DNA of 64,000 nucleotides from Bacilli bacterium (GTDB lineage: Bacteria; Bacillota_I; Bacilli_A; RF39; UBA660). The translations under genes and the position numbers were made by a program. Positions 63,880 to 64,000 of the stretch are shown one piece after another; position 1 is the first letter of the stretch, and each line of letters starts with the position of its first letter. A model generated the notes under the pieces. The model made no database searches. It saw nothing but the letters and a program-made list of their open reading frames with translations, and was not told where the DNA came from. The stretch lies in contig JAEDKN010000002.1 in the NCBI GenBank assembly GCA_016295795.1, forward strand, positions 1,734-65,733, in the 5' to 3' direction.

Positions 63880-64000
63880 TCAAAGAGAGTCGTGTTTGGT
63901 GAAAGCGATAAGAACAAATTTATGAACTTGTCTTTTGTTAAAGTAAAACGGATTCTCACGTTACGAGGTAGAGTGCATAGTTTTCTATGAATTAAGGTGG
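63880..64000 (+). promoter_or_regulatory. T-box leader, 5' part (truncated by the window end)
   Basis: AAAGAGAGUCG...UGGUGAAAGCG stem I elements, and the window ends in GAAUUAAGGUGG, resembling the start of the conserved T-box sequence (AAUUAGGGUGGUACCGCG type, from memory). Confidence 0.55.

Overview
AT-rich Bacillota-type chromosomal segment using the standard genetic code (TGA is a stop, Trp is TGG). Most of the window is the conserved translation/transcription backbone on the + strand. In order: secE-nusG-rplKAJL, an rsmC-like methyltransferase, rpoB-rpoC, rpsL-rpsG-fusA-tuf, secG-rnr-smpB-ssrA (tmRNA), cdaA-cdaR, the full S10-spc-alpha ribosomal cluster (rpsJ to rplQ, including rpmJ, which is too short for the ORF track, but no rpmD), and pcrA-ligA. 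Several accessory insertions sit within this backbone. (1) A SsuB/TauB-like ABC ATPase gene is precisely split by a ~1.9 kb element carrying only a large serine recombinase and a PAP2-family membrane protein; joining the two halves restores an intact in-frame ORF. (2) Just downstream of ssrA is a four-gene + strand block ending in a translationally coupled pair. This pair is a PP-loop/QueC-like protein plus a divergent MurD-type ligase, which I interpret as a MurL/MurD2-like alternative D-Glu peptidoglycan route. It is preceded by two proteins I cannot place and by a hidden 43-codon YjcZ-like ORF on the opposite strand. (3) A VbhA-like antitoxin and Fic toxin pair lies immediately upstream of pcrA, next to a GDPD-fold gene whose catalytic residues are all replaced. 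(4) Two surface or secreted proteins are present. One is an ATLF/M34-like HExxH metalloprotease with a near-identical 270-bp tandem duplication. The other is a Cys-Gln thioester-domain adhesin. I also noted two L1-stalk mimic hairpins, upstream of rplK and of rplA, and a partial T-box leader at the right edge. No rRNA, tRNA or CRISPR array was found. All calls come from reading the sequence and the translated ORFs; no database search was possible.
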